Positions 17,903 to 27,725 are shown, numbered from the stretch's first letter. The stretch: 62,021 nucleotides of DNA from a virus (IMGVR_UViG_3300031472_000001:1-62021); one strand, 5' to 3'. The notes: a model not told the origin generated them from the letters alone. Numbers and translations are program-made.

Positions 17903-18070
17903 CTATTTAGCCTTTGGCTTGTCTTTGAACGGATTGCCGTTCGCATCAACAAATTCGCCGCGTTCGCTCAGATACTTGCCACCTTCGACGGTCTCATCGA
18001 GTGGAGCAGCCAAGACAACAGGTGTTGCCACCTCTTGACCTGTGACAATCACATCTTTGGTATCAGCCAT
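17903..18070 (-). CDS. 55-aa hypothetical virion-associated protein (not in ORF track)
   Basis: RBS AGGAGA; MADTKDV...DETVEGGKYL...VDANG. Confidence 0.6.
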   Translation of the reverse strand: MADTKDVIVTGQEVATPVVLAAPLDETVEGGKYLSERGEFVDANGNPFKDKPKAK

Positions 18071-18130
18071 TGTGTTCATCTCCTGAGAATTGCACTACTG
18101 AGCCGCTCTACAGGCCGGCTCTCTATCACA

Positions 18131-19228
18131 CTAGAAGGTCCAAGCCGCAGGAGCCGCATAGGTTGTTGCAGTTGTGCAAAGGCACGCTCCGTTCGTTCTT
18201 TCAAAGACTCCCAACCCGTATTCGCGCTCCATGAACTGTGCGCGTAGAGGGTACATGTCGATGTCGGCGGCCACATGCAAATCGCCGCGTTGTGCGTTAC
18301 GAGTACGCAAGCGCAAGGGCTTCGGTGCTGCTGGATTGAAGCAGAACATATAGCCTGCTGGGACCCAGGGCTTGATCCACACTTCTGATTGTTGGTAGAT
18401 GCCGATGGGACGGTTGTAGATGTCCATGTTATCGAGCGTCTTGCCCAGAGCGCGGTCGTTGTTGTAGCCAAACGTGACGCGTGGGTCCGCGTAGGGATAG
18501 AACTTCACGCTTGTTGTCGTGAGTCCTCGGAACGCGACCTCTTGGGCGCGATTGATGTAGATGATGGGTGTCCCGTATGCGTAGTGTTCGAGGACGGTGC
18601 CAAGCAGAGCCTGTACGTCCGCATCGGCAACGGTGCCCGCTGTGGTCGCGCCAAGAAAGTGCGTGTGCGTGGCAGGATTGAACTTGTTGCCGTACATGTC
18701 GGGCTTGATGTAGACGCCATCAGCATTGAGCAGAGCGCGAACAGGGTACGTCGCGCCGTCCAAGTAGCGGTCCACGTAGGTTGGATTGTTGAGTGGATTG
18801 AACAGCGTGGCGCGAATGGAACGCGAGAGGTCGCGCTTGTCGGCGTCCATGATGGCGGTTGCCACCTGCTCTAAGTCGCCGATGGTTTTCGTCTGCATGA
18901 ACATGCGAGTCACGCCCCAGGCGATTTGCCGTAGACGCATGGGAAAGCCCATGATGGTTGGGGCTGGTGCCGTTTTCTGCACGTCGGGACGCGAGAATTC
19001 ATCGCCTTCAATCACGTCAACCGTGTCATTGCTGCCCCAGGTCATGAAGCGATCTTGCGTTGGCTCGGTGAAGTCGTCCATCATCATCATGAGCAGGCGA
19101 TTGTGCGCCTGTAGGAAGATTTCGAGTTGCTGATACAGCGTCGCCTCATCGTAGGCTTGAATAAACTGGTTGTACGCGGCCTTCTTCGCGCCGATGGTAT
19201 CGAAAATTTGTAATGTGCCGTAAGCCAT
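18131..19228 (-). CDS. major capsid protein
   Basis: 365 aa after the scaffold and decoration genes; E..RP and H.H motifs; strong codon bias. Confidence 0.85.
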   Translation of the reverse strand: MAYGTLQIFDTIGAKKAAYNQFIQAYDEATLYQQLEIFLQAHNRLLMMMMDDFTEPTQDRFMTWGSNDTVDVIEGDEFSRPDVQKTAPAPTIMGFPMRLRQIAWGVTRMFMQTKTIGDLEQVATAIMDADKRDLSRSIRATLFNPLNNPTYVDRYLDGATYPVRALLNADGVYIKPDMYGNKFNPATHTHFLGATTAGTVADADVQALLGTVLEHYAYGTPIIYINRAQEVAFRGLTTTSVKFYPYADPRVTFGYNNDRALGKTLDNMDIYNRPIGIYQQSEVWIKPWVPAGYMFCFNPAAPKPLRLRTRNAQRGDLHVAADIDMYPLRAQFMEREYGLGVFERTNGACLCTTATTYAAPAAWTF

Positions 19229-19257
19229 TGAAAATGTGTCCTTTCTCTAGCTTCTGG

Positions 19258-19692
19258 CTAGTAACTCTTGCGTACCCAGATGCGCGAGCCAACGATAGAG
19301 CCACCGACGGAGAGACCAGGGGTCACATCAGGCAGAACCATACCGATGGGTACGGTGCCACCGACAGTTGCGGCATCACTGAGTCCGCCTGCCACCGTGT
19401 CGAGATAAACCAATGCGCCAGGAACAAGGTTCGCGCCGTAGTAGAAGGCGACGTGGAAGTACAGCGAGACCGCTTCGTTGATCGGTGCTGACGTTGCAGC
19501 GAACCCGTCTACTCTTGCGGCTGGCACGCCGACGGTGGTGCCATTGGAACGATAGGCGAGGCCATCGTTTTTGATGTAACAGGCGTCTCCGGCAGCAATG
19601 GCCTCGCCTGCTCTGAGTCCTGAATGATTGGCAATGGTGCCAGGGACTGCGGTACTGATTGAAGGTGTACCTACCTTAGCGATGGATGCCAA
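19258..19692 (-). CDS. capsid decoration/cement protein
   Basis: AGEAIAAGD and G..VYL....GGL motifs; GGAGGTG RBS with TTG start. Confidence 0.75.
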   Translation of the reverse strand: MASIAKVGTPSISTAVPGTIANHSGLRAGEAIAAGDACYIKNDGLAYRSNGTTVGVPAARVDGFAATSAPINEAVSLYFHVAFYYGANLVPGALVYLDTVAGGLSDAATVGGTVPIGMVLPDVTPGLSVGGSIVGSRIWVRKSY

Positions 19693-19708
19693 GTGGCACC
19701 TCCAAAAC

Positions 19709-19748
19709 AAAAAAAGAGTGTTGAGACCAAACTATGGTCTCAACACTC
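19709..19748 (-). terminator. intrinsic terminator between scaffold and decoration genes
   Basis: Perfect 14-bp stem GAGTGTTGAGACCA with a 5-nt loop, followed by T7. Confidence 0.8.
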
Positions 19749-19793
19749 GGACTACGATAGTCAGCTAAGTGTATGCTGGTGTTCTGCGGCGTT

Positions 19794-20390
19794 CTAGTAC
19801 GTGCCGCCTGCTCTGAGTACGTCCATCGCGCTTTTCACGTCTGACGCGCCAACAGTCTCGGCTGGTTTCGGGTTCGGCACATTGCCGGGCGATTGGCCGC
19901 GTTGCTGGACTGCGAACCGTTCCGCGAGAGGCTTGAGTTTTTCGAGTGACTTCAATCGCTCCTCAACAGGCGTCTTTTTGTCTGGTACGAGCGATTTCAC
20001 TTCTTCGGGCCAGTCGCTTACTTGTGTCTTGATTTGCTCATTCACCAGTTCAGCGAGTGCATTGTAGCGTTCCTGTACTGGTTCAAGTTCTCTCACACGG
20101 GCTTGATGCTGCTCTGCTAGCTTCTGGAATTCGCCTTGTTCGCGGAGCTTCTGCTCTTCTGCAAGTTTCTTCTCGGCTTCGATGGCATCAATGGCTTTGC
20201 GCTTGTCCTTGTTCTCGGTGCGTAATCCAGTAATCATGTCCTGGATATCTTGCGGCAACGACTCAAAAGCTGTTTTCGGTGGTGTCCCGTTCGGTGTCTG
20301 ACCGTTCGGTGGTGTTGTGGGCGTCTGGCCCGTGGGGTCTACGTTGTTCGGTGTCTGACCTTGCAGCATAGAATTGTTTCCTTCTGGCAT
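19794..20390 (-). CDS. capsid scaffolding protein
   Basis: GQTP repeats, LR.EN..R motif, coiled coil E.GE(F/Y)..L. Confidence 0.8.
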   Translation of the reverse strand: MPEGNNSMLQGQTPNNVDPTGQTPTTPPNGQTPNGTPPKTAFESLPQDIQDMITGLRTENKDKRKAIDAIEAEKKLAEEQKLREQGEFQKLAEQHQARVRELEPVQERYNALAELVNEQIKTQVSDWPEEVKSLVPDKKTPVEERLKSLEKLKPLAERFAVQQRGQSPGNVPNPKPAETVGASDVKSAMDVLRAGGTY

Positions 20391-20415
20391 TATTGTAGTC
20401 CTTTCGTGTGCTAAG

Positions 20416-20682
20416 TCAAGCACTTTCGTCTAGTAGTTTTTCGATGCACGTTCCACTGTTCTCAATCGTGCGTTTGATCGACGTGTCAAGATGTATCGTG
20501 TAGCGGTCATATTCTGCGTAGGTCTGATATTTGGCGGAGCGGAGCGAGAGCGCATCGCGCAGTGTCGGGTCAGTAAAGCGGCCAGTGGCACGGAGCGGCA
20601 AACGACAAGGGACGCACATGACCGAGCAGGACATGACCCACACTCTGCGCCCACATCCTGTACACTGGTACTCTCTGCTCAT
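20416..20682 (-). CDS. hypothetical protein with Cys motifs
   Basis: CxxC...CxxC; in operon. Confidence 0.5.
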   Translation of the reverse strand: MSREYQCTGCGRRVWVMSCSVMCVPCRLPLRATGRFTDPTLRDALSLRSAKYQTYAEYDRYTIHLDTSIKRTIENSGTCIEKLLDESA

Positions 20683-20685
20683 GCT

Positions 20686-21000
20686 CTACTCGTTTATTTC
20701 GCTGTTAGGTACGTCTTCGTTCACGTCATAAGCCGTCACCGACAATTCAGGATTGTCTACAGTAACGGTCCGTTCAACTGGCTCATGGTCCTTCACAACC
20801 AACTTGCCCGATTCATCTTTCTCATGGTAGGTGATAATCGCCTTGTTGTCATGCATCACATCAAGCAGAACTGCCACACGCTTGACATTGGCGATTAGCT
20901 CACCTGTCTGTGCATCGGAAACCGTGAGTAGATAGCCCTCTACTGCATCTGGCTTGCCTTCAATGCGAATACGACGGTGAAAGTTCTTGTGTATGTCCAT
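20686..21000 (-). CDS. hypothetical protein
   Basis: RBS AAGGAG; acidic, beta-rich. Confidence 0.65.
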   Translation of the reverse strand: MDIHKNFHRRIRIEGKPDAVEGYLLTVSDAQTGELIANVKRVAVLLDVMHDNKAIITYHEKDESGKLVVKDHEPVERTVTVDNPELSVTAYDVNEDVPNSEINE

Positions 21001-21039
21001 CACTACTTCTCCTTGTGCTGTTATAAAATGTATGTCGAT

Positions 21040-21375
21040 TTAAGCGCTCTGTTCGCGTCGTAATGCCCACATGCGGCGGTTCTTACCAAAGACAACGCAC
21101 AGCGGACCATAGCGCACCACCGTCTGTATCTGCGTGGCATTGCTCCGGTAGCCTGCGCTGCATTGCATCAATCCAAACTGCCAGCGTTGCGACAGGCGAC
21201 ACGTCACAGGCCACAACAGCGTATGGTCACGATTGCTCCACGCACGGCCACAGGTGACACAGGAGTAGCGGATGTACTCTCGTCCGTGCCGCGTTGTCTC
21301 GACGGTCTGTGTGATGCTCTGCTTTGGTGTAGCGCGTGTGTAGCCACAGCGACAGGTAAGACAGGACTTGCTCAT
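21040..21375 (-). CDS. hypothetical Cys-rich protein
   Basis: ATGA-coupled. Confidence 0.45.
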   Translation of the reverse strand: MSKSCLTCRCGYTRATPKQSITQTVETTRHGREYIRYSCVTCGRAWSNRDHTLLWPVTCRLSQRWQFGLMQCSAGYRSNATQIQTVVRYGPLCVVFGKNRRMWALRREQSA

Positions 21376-21548
21376 TTGCCGTACTCCCATATCATCGCAT
21401 GTCTTCCCGTGTTGACGGTCAGTGCTGCCCGATACCATGGGTCAATGTAAAGCCTCACGCCAAAGACGTAGCGTTCTATTGGCATCACATGAAAGAAAAA
21501 ATGTTTTCGAGGCTTGGGATGTGCCTCTTGTGCAGGTGTATCAATCAT
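21372..21548 (-). CDS. hypothetical protein
   Basis: RBS AAAGGAG, ATGA-coupled. Confidence 0.5.
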   Translation of the reverse strand: MIDTPAQEAHPKPRKHFFFHVMPIERYVFGVRLYIDPWYRAALTVNTGRHAMIWEYGK

Positions 21549-21868
21549 TGTGACTCCTTTGGTGAGACACGCATATATCTCCACTTGAAAATACGTTTCC
21601 CTGCTCGTAGTATGACAACAATGTCAGACGTTGAAATCTCGAGCGCAAACGGGTTCAAGCGAAAACGGTCTAACGTATATGTGTCAAACCGCCACGTGCC
21701 TTCATCAGGAACATAATAGCCATGTTTCTGCTCATCAGGGTTGTTACTATTGTGCAGAGCGCGTTTGAGTTCGCTCCAAACGATACGCTTTAGGGTGCGT
21801 ACCTCTCTTTTTAGCCGTTGCACTTCACCTACAAATGTCCCTGGGAGGTCTAAGTCATCTTCGCTCAT
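21545..21868 (-). CDS. hypothetical protein
   Basis: RBS AAGGAG; part of a gene chain. Confidence 0.6.
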   Translation of the reverse strand: MSEDDLDLPGTFVGEVQRLKREVRTLKRIVWSELKRALHNSNNPDEQKHGYYVPDEGTWRFDTYTLDRFRLNPFALEISTSDIVVILRAGKRIFKWRYMRVSPKESQ

Positions 21869-22043
21869 TGTGGCTCCTTAGTGCTTCCAAGACTTCACCT
21901 GCAACCACAATCATCAGACGTTTATTGGTGTCGGGTACGTCTTGCCACGGCACAGCACTCGCCTTACGAGTGTGATAGTTATATTCAGGTGCAAGCCGTT
22001 CGTAGGTTTCGTGGAAGAGTTGCGCTACTTGTTCGGGTGTCAT
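21855..22043 (-). CDS. hypothetical phage protein
   Basis: A..FHE.YERLAP...W..VP..NK.LM motif; ATGA-coupled. Confidence 0.65.
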   Translation of the reverse strand: MTPEQVAQLFHETYERLAPEYNYHTRKASAVPWQDVPDTNKRLMIVVAGEVLEALRSHNERR

Positions 22044-22297
22044 TGTGGCTCCTTTGGAAACTCGGTCATGTCGGGTATCCCTGGCAAGAGTTCATCCCTC
22101 GACTCGCAACATTCAAGCTCCGCCAACTCGAAGGAATGCAAAGCATGCTGTACAAGGTCATAGGCACGTTGGGATAAGGGCGTTTTCACAGATTGCTCAT
22201 CACCATCAGCAATCCAGAGATAATCACGTTTGTCCAGTTCCTCATAGAGTAAGTTCGCAAACCCTGCAAACTGCGTATTGCGTGGATCGTCGCTCAT
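22040..22297 (-). CDS. hypothetical protein
   Basis: ATGA-coupled. Confidence 0.6.
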   Translation of the reverse strand: MSDDPRNTQFAGFANLLYEELDKRDYLWIADGDEQSVKTPLSQRAYDLVQHALHSFELAELECCESRDELLPGIPDMTEFPKEPQ

Positions 22298-22521
22298 GCT
22301 CTCTCCGTCTTTCTCATGCCTGCTCGCATTGTTTCATGCTTCAATGCTTTGCGAACTTCCGCGCGAACGAATTCACGGAGCGCGTCTTCGCTCGGAAAGA
22401 TGGTATTGCTGTCTGCGAGTGCCTCGCTGATCGTCTCAGCAATCAAGGCTTTGAGAATGCCTTTGCTGGTTTCAGTAATCTGGTAATTCAGTGGAACAGT
22501 AACTTCGCCAAATGATGCCAT
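22294..22521 (-). CDS. hypothetical protein
   Basis: Coupled ORF. Confidence 0.6.
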   Translation of the reverse strand: MASFGEVTVPLNYQITETSKGILKALIAETISEALADSNTIFPSEDALREFVRAEVRKALKHETMRAGMRKTERA

Positions 22522-22766
22522 TAGTTGCCTTCTTTCAATCGCTTCACTACAGCATCAGCAATCCGCTCTACGTCGGCATCCGAGAGCGTTGCGTAGATCG
22601 TCACTGGCGAAACTGGTTGAGGCGGAGGCATAGTCCCCCACCATGCACCTGCTACGCTTGCAATATTCAATGCTTCCGCATAGGCATGAGAGGTAACAGA
22701 TGTAGGGGTAAATGGTGTTCCATCTGGATTGGTCAAGGTGATTTTCCCAGTAACTTCGTCGCTCAT
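22521..22766 (-). CDS. hypothetical protein
   Basis: RBS AGGAG; L.D.DVERIADAV motif. Confidence 0.55.
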   Translation of the reverse strand: MSDEVTGKITLTNPDGTPFTPTSVTSHAYAEALNIASVAGAWWGTMPPPQPVSPVTIYATLSDADVERIADAVVKRLKEGN

Positions 22767-22775
22767 GTGAAACTC

Positions 22776-23024
22776 CTAATACTCTTTGTTTTTAGAGGCC
22801 AGATACGCTTTGTATTCTGTACTGGCCCTGTCTAATTGTGTATGGTTCAAATAAGAACTGATACGCCCATGTTCAAAGAGGTAGTGTAATGCAGCGTTCG
22901 CACAGGCCAGATACGATTCCTGTGCGTGTTCGCTCAACTCATCCCAGGATTGCAGAGGTTCAACACCTGCCATTTTGTTACCCGTTTGATAAATGACAAA
23001 AGCCAATTCTTCGCTACTTCTCAT
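22776..23024 (-). CDS. hypothetical protein
   Basis: Start MRSSEEL, ATGA-coupled; W.EL.E..Q..Y motif. Confidence 0.55.
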   Translation of the reverse strand: MRSSEELAFVIYQTGNKMAGVEPLQSWDELSEHAQESYLACANAALHYLFEHGRISSYLNHTQLDRASTEYKAYLASKNKEY

Positions 23025-23179
23025 ATCGTAGGTATTCCCTTCGTTGGTTGCTGTACAGGTTTCGCAAATCGTTGTGCGAGTCTCTTCTCCAGATGTGGCT
23101 TGAGCAGGGCAAGTGCATAGCCAAATAGTACAATGAGCAGTGTTGAGACCGTGATGAGGATGTACCAGAGTGGCGTCAT
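23021..23179 (-). CDS. 52-aa single-TM protein (not in ORF track)
   Basis: MTPLWYILITVSTLLIVLFGYALALLK...; fills the gap between coupled genes. Confidence 0.55.
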   Translation of the reverse strand: MTPLWYILITVSTLLIVLFGYALALLKPHLEKRLAQRFAKPVQQPTKGIPTI

Positions 23180-23181
23180 GT

Positions 23182-23541
23182 CTACCACCTTCCAAGAATG
23201 AGAGCAGCGAGTGCAATCATGATAATGTGTAGCACTTGGTCTCCCCAGAGCACGACATGCAAGGCTATGTCACCTTCCCTCGTTTGTCGATACACCCGTC
23301 TCCACCATGTAAGCGGTATCCGAGTATCAATCAGCAAGTGAGAGACCGCGAGCAAAACAGCGACCAATGGAGGAAATACAAATAGCAATGCAAGCAGGTG
23401 TAATCCACTATGGACATATGCCGCTGGATGTTTCAGATTTGATTTATTCTGAGCCATCCAGTGATTTTGCAAGAGCCAATCCGTGAAGAGATGAGCAACC
23501 ATTCCCCATACAAGTAGCTCTGTAGAGTACAGATTTATCAT
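23182..23541 (-). CDS. DUF3307-like membrane protein
   Basis: AH...DW.LQ..WMA..K, H...H, SH..IDT and DQ..H motifs. Confidence 0.85.
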   Translation of the reverse strand: MINLYSTELLVWGMVAHLFTDWLLQNHWMAQNKSNLKHPAAYVHSGLHLLALLFVFPPLVAVLLAVSHLLIDTRIPLTWWRRVYRQTREGDIALHVVLWGDQVLHIIMIALAALILGRW

Positions 23542-23720
23542 GCTTGTGTCCCTCTATAGAAAAATTCCATGTCCAGTGGCATACCAATCAGCACAAGGTC
23601 AATCTGGATAGGCCGTTTCTGTTTCTTGCGCTTCTTCTCGCGCTTCTCCATGTGCCGTGTTCGTTGCTCACGCCGCTCTTTGTTGGAGCAGAAACCGAGC
23701 GACTCTTTTTTCTTGCTCAC
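23538..23720 (-). CDS. basic hypothetical protein
   Basis: ATGA/GTGA-coupled. Confidence 0.45.
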   Translation of the reverse strand: MSKKKESLGFCSNKERREQRTRHMEKREKKRKKQKRPIQIDLVLIGMPLDMEFFYRGTQA

Positions 23721-23914
23721 TCTGCTTGCTCCTTCATTTGCTTCTCATAGCAAGATTGACAGCTTGTCCAGTATTTCATGTCACGATGACCGTCGTCAGA
23801 CCCTGACGGGGTATCGTCGTCTTCGAGTGATAAAAAGATGGCAAGATTACCGCACTTGCATTCGATGCGATGGTCAGCAACCACCATCACAGGCTGCCAC
23901 CTATTTTCACTCAT
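23717..23914 (-). CDS. small Cys-motif protein
   Basis: C.CG...C..C; coupled. Confidence 0.55.
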   Translation of the reverse strand: MSENRWQPVMVVADHRIECKCGNLAIFLSLEDDDTPSGSDDGHRDMKYWTSCQSCYEKQMKEQAE

Positions 23915-24147
23915 GCTGCTTGCCCTTCTCTACTTGGCAAGAGGTTCTTCACCTCTGTTTGCTTCACTTTCGCTTCTGGTAGCTTGCCAGTGCGATAGAA
24001 GTGTGCGAGTTGCGCTTGTGTCATGGCTCGCTCAATCGTTGTTTTATCGGGTTGTCGGAGCATCACGCTGTGTCGCACAAACGTCGCGCGTGGTCCTTTC
24101 ACGGCGTTGACGGCGGTTTGTCGAGTCGATTGCTTCTTTTTGCTCAT
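23911..24147 (-). CDS. hypothetical protein
   Basis: ATGA-coupled to the portal gene. Confidence 0.6.
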   Translation of the reverse strand: MSKKKQSTRQTAVNAVKGPRATFVRHSVMLRQPDKTTIERAMTQAQLAHFYRTGKLPEAKVKQTEVKNLLPSREGQAA

Positions 24148-25874
24148 CCCTGATTGCCTTTCTGTTGCGGAGGCTTCGTAGCAGTAGTCTGTGTGCCATC
24201 CTGTGCTTGCGGTTGGTTCTCGCTCACTTGTGGCGATTGTTGCGCATGTGCAAGTTGCAATGCGTCGGCCTGTTGCTGTTTGGCCTCAACTTTCGCGGCG
24301 TCCATCTGTGTTTTGAGATTGGCTAATTGCTCGTCGGTGAAACCAGCCTCTTGCAAGACAAACTCTAACGGTACGCCTGCACTGACCGCCATTTGTGCGC
24401 CTTGCCACATCAGCATCTGTTCGTTGGCAAGTTCGCTTTTTGTGGGCGTAAGCAACGGGCGCGGCATAATCACCATGTCCAGATCGCCTTTCGCGTAGGA
24501 GTCGAGATTGAACGGCGTGAACTTCTGTTGTTGTCTGTTGAGCGGTCCCCATGCACCACTATTGGCACGGAATCCAGCGATAGCCACGCACATGCGAAAC
24601 AAGGACATGTTGGCGTTGTCATACGTCGCTCCGACCTCCGTCACGCGACTGGTTGTATCGCCTACAATTCGAGAGGCACCAGGTCCAGTCACTTGCGACA
24701 TATTCCGCAATTCTTTGTACATCACCAACTCTGGATGATCTTGCTCAATCTCGGAGATGAGATGCAACATGTATGCGGATGCATCTCCGAGATTGAGTTC
24801 ACCAGCAAGACTATCAACACGTCCATCTTTCCCACCTTTGAGCATGAGCAGCGTTTCCTCTTCACCGGCTTGCGGCGTATCGTTCTCGTTGGTGATACCG
24901 CGCTTTGGAGTGCTGAGTGTCTTCCCAACGACGCTATCTGTCCACAGAACGATAGGGGCACCAATGACCCTATGAATTTGGTCATGCACATGGCTTGCAA
25001 GGCTATTGAGTTCGTCAATCTTGCCCATTGAGCCGGACATGGCAGGAGAGCCATGAGAGCCGCCCACATCCATGTGCTTGATCCATACCGCCGGACAGAA
25101 GCCATACGGATGCTCTACGACGCTGCCGTTGCCATAGTCGAACGGTTCGTGGTCCTTGTAGTAGCGAATGACTTCCGTATCCACGTACTTGCCGTAGACG
25201 TAGTTTTCGCCTTGTTCGTCGCGCACGTTGTACTGGAGCGCATAGGCTTTCACGTTGCCTGCTCCATCGAGTTCCAGGTCATACACAAATCCAGGCCAGA
25301 TGACATCAGCCGTCACTTTGCCCTGCTCCACATCATCGACAATCTCAATCAGCGTAGAGCCAAGCGCACCGCCGTAACGCACCTGTAACGCCTTCTTCGA
25401 TTGCCAGTTTGACCACTGCCAGAATTGCGCGATGGCATCCTTGAGCGGCTTGGGCGTGTCTTCTGCGAACGGAATAGCGAGCGAGACGCCATCAGGCAAC
25501 ATGCGACCGTCTTCAGAGAGCACGCCTGGATAGATCGAGCCAGCGTAGAAGTCCACAAGCCGGCGTGTCGGATTGTAGATCGGCCGAATGTTGCGATAGA
25601 GGTTGTAGTTTGATTTGTAGCCACTATAGGGATTGTAGGGATAGAGTGGATACGGGCTATTGCCGTACATCTGTTGCGAGTTCAGCGTCTGGTTCATGCG
25701 GTCAAACACGCTGTTGCTGTAGTACGCCCAGAGGAGCGAATATTGCTGCGCTTGACTCGTAAAGGATTTTTGCTGATATGCGCTCGCTGGGTCTTCATAG
25801 ACGCGCCGAGCGGTCATGATGCCAGACTGTAATCCTGCTCCTAATGCGTTCATAAGGTTTCCTACCAATCCCAT
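24144..25874 (-). CDS. portal protein
   Basis: Directly after terL; NP...LVDF, HPYGF.P.V and (S/T)G.A motifs; start MGLVGN. Confidence 0.85.
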   Translation of the reverse strand: MGLVGNLMNALGAGLQSGIMTARRVYEDPASAYQQKSFTSQAQQYSLLWAYYSNSVFDRMNQTLNSQQMYGNSPYPLYPYNPYSGYKSNYNLYRNIRPIYNPTRRLVDFYAGSIYPGVLSEDGRMLPDGVSLAIPFAEDTPKPLKDAIAQFWQWSNWQSKKALQVRYGGALGSTLIEIVDDVEQGKVTADVIWPGFVYDLELDGAGNVKAYALQYNVRDEQGENYVYGKYVDTEVIRYYKDHEPFDYGNGSVVEHPYGFCPAVWIKHMDVGGSHGSPAMSGSMGKIDELNSLASHVHDQIHRVIGAPIVLWTDSVVGKTLSTPKRGITNENDTPQAGEEETLLMLKGGKDGRVDSLAGELNLGDASAYMLHLISEIEQDHPELVMYKELRNMSQVTGPGASRIVGDTTSRVTEVGATYDNANMSLFRMCVAIAGFRANSGAWGPLNRQQQKFTPFNLDSYAKGDLDMVIMPRPLLTPTKSELANEQMLMWQGAQMAVSAGVPLEFVLQEAGFTDEQLANLKTQMDAAKVEAKQQQADALQLAHAQQSPQVSENQPQAQDGTQTTATKPPQQKGNQG

Positions 25875-25875
25875 G

Positions 25876-27141
25876 TTAATAGCCTCTAAAATTCGTGATT
25901 GCCTCTGATACCTCAGTCGGCATGATGTCAAGTCCTGCCTTGTGTGCGCCATAATAGGCAAGTGCGAGACTAATCACCGCGTCGTCATGTGCGCCCTCTG
26001 GTGCCTCATACACAATGTTCCTGCTCGGCGTGAGATGATATTCAAATTGCCGTAACTCGTTCAGCAGCACTTCCTCACTCGGTATGCGAATAGCCCTATC
26101 CTGAAATGCTAACTGTAACTTCTCGATCAGCACTTTCTTTGAAGCGTTTGTCAGTAAATAGCCTTCTGATTGTTCCCATTTCAGCTTGAGATGGTCAAGC
26201 AGTGCGTCGCCAATGCCCGTAGAGTCCATCAACACATAGGCATTGAAACGCTGTGCTAGCCTCACCACCTGCTCTATCTGCATAGGGTAATCTATGGTAT
26301 TGAAGCGTTCCCACGCCTCTACACGCATCGTATCGGCGTCAAGCAGCGTCAGGACCGAATAGTCATTGTATTTTGCGGGGTCCCAGCCAAGAATGTACGA
26401 ATGCTGCTCAGGATAGAAGACTCTGGTATAATTTGCGTCGATTCCGCCGTATACGCATGCATCAATGCCACGAAATACGCCTGCACTATCTTCTAAGAAC
26501 TCTGCTTCATACTCCTGCTGATACGTGTCTTCTGGCAACTCTTTTTTTGCCGCCTCGACCTCGGATGAGGCGATATAGGGATTAGCAGAGGTAGGAGCCT
26601 TGAAACTTTCCCAGTCGGGGTACATCGGGTCACGTCCACGCATAAACAAGCGAAAAAAGAGGTTACGGCCTTTGGGAGTGCCGAGTAGTAACGCTTTGCC
26701 GTTGGTATCGGAGAGGCACGGACGTAACACCTCAGACCACGCTTTTTCAGCAATGCTCGCGAACTCATCACAGACTAAGAAATGGATACCGTTGCCACGT
26801 AATGCGTCGTAGTTGTCTGAACTTGCGAACATCATCACGGCATCATTTGGGAGTTCTATGCGGAGTTCTGTATCGGAGGTGTGCAGGTTCAGTGCGTGCA
26901 AGGCTTGCTTGATGAGGCGATAGGCAATCTTTGTTTGTCGATAGGTTGGAGCTACCCACACGGAGAGCGTTCGTGGGTGTTTACTCGCAAAGTCGATAAA
27001 CTCGTTACAGCCAAGATAGGTTTTCCCAAATCGACGCCCACACGTCACGACGCGAAAACGAGCCTTTGACCTATGGATGGGTTTCTGGCCTCGGTGGGGA
27101 CGGTAGAGGCGTATCTGGAAATCTGGCTGCTCTTCCGTCAT
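25876..27141 (-). CDS. terL: terminase large subunit
   Basis: Walker A GRRFGKT, LRG...DE Walker B, GTPKG.N, nuclease GWDPA...D and HDD.V motifs. Confidence 0.97.
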   Translation of the reverse strand: MTEEQPDFQIRLYRPHRGQKPIHRSKARFRVVTCGRRFGKTYLGCNEFIDFASKHPRTLSVWVAPTYRQTKIAYRLIKQALHALNLHTSDTELRIELPNDAVMMFASSDNYDALRGNGIHFLVCDEFASIAEKAWSEVLRPCLSDTNGKALLLGTPKGRNLFFRLFMRGRDPMYPDWESFKAPTSANPYIASSEVEAAKKELPEDTYQQEYEAEFLEDSAGVFRGIDACVYGGIDANYTRVFYPEQHSYILGWDPAKYNDYSVLTLLDADTMRVEAWERFNTIDYPMQIEQVVRLAQRFNAYVLMDSTGIGDALLDHLKLKWEQSEGYLLTNASKKVLIEKLQLAFQDRAIRIPSEEVLLNELRQFEYHLTPSRNIVYEAPEGAHDDAVISLALAYYGAHKAGLDIMPTEVSEAITNFRGY

Positions 27142-27638
27142 TCGTCATCCTCCAACGAGCCACCGCCCCAGGTGGTTTGAATAATGATTGGTCCCTTATC
27201 CTTGCCTGTAATCTCTACCTTTTTCGTGTCGTCGTCGGCTCGTAACGCTTTCCGTTCAGCCTCTATCATGTTTTTGAGGAGTTGCACGGCGGCAAGAGAA
27301 CCAAACGACTTGACCTGAATAAGTTCTTTGATTTGTTTGATCGCCACATCTTGCATTTCTTTAGACGTTTCGACTTGACGACTATTCATTTCATCGTGAA
27401 TAGCCTTTATCTTCTTAGCTTCTGCGCTCGCAATCTCAACATCATATGTCCTTACACGACGTTGCCATTCGTGGAGCGATGACCACGCTTCTATTGTGCG
27501 TAATCGTACCGTCGAATTGCCGCCGCTTTGCCGCCGCTTTTCAACAAGTTTTTCAAGTGAGCGACCTGGGCCGAGAGCAGCATATTCTTCATAGGCCGCC
27601 GCCGCCTTTGGAGTTTCCTGTGGTTTCTCTTCGCTCAC
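27138..27638 (-). CDS. terS: terminase small subunit
   Basis: Y..LG..RSL and WS....W..R motifs; C-terminal EITGKDKGPI; coupled to terL. Confidence 0.85.
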   Translation of the reverse strand: MSEEKPQETPKAAAAYEEYAALGPGRSLEKLVEKRRQSGGNSTVRLRTIEAWSSLHEWQRRVRTYDVEIASAEAKKIKAIHDEMNSRQVETSKEMQDVAIKQIKELIQVKSFGSLAAVQLLKNMIEAERKALRADDDTKKVEITGKDKGPIIIQTTWGGGSLEDDE

Positions 27639-27656
27639 TCATGCCTCGCAGACAAC

Positions 27657-27687
27657 AAAAAAGACGCCAACCAACAAGGTTGACGCC
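27657..27687 (-). terminator. terminator in the leader of terS
   Basis: Stem GGCGTCAACC/GGTTGGCGTC followed by T6. Confidence 0.7.
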
Positions 27688-27725
27688 TGGATACGAATAT
27701 CGACTATGCGTGTGTATATAAGAAG

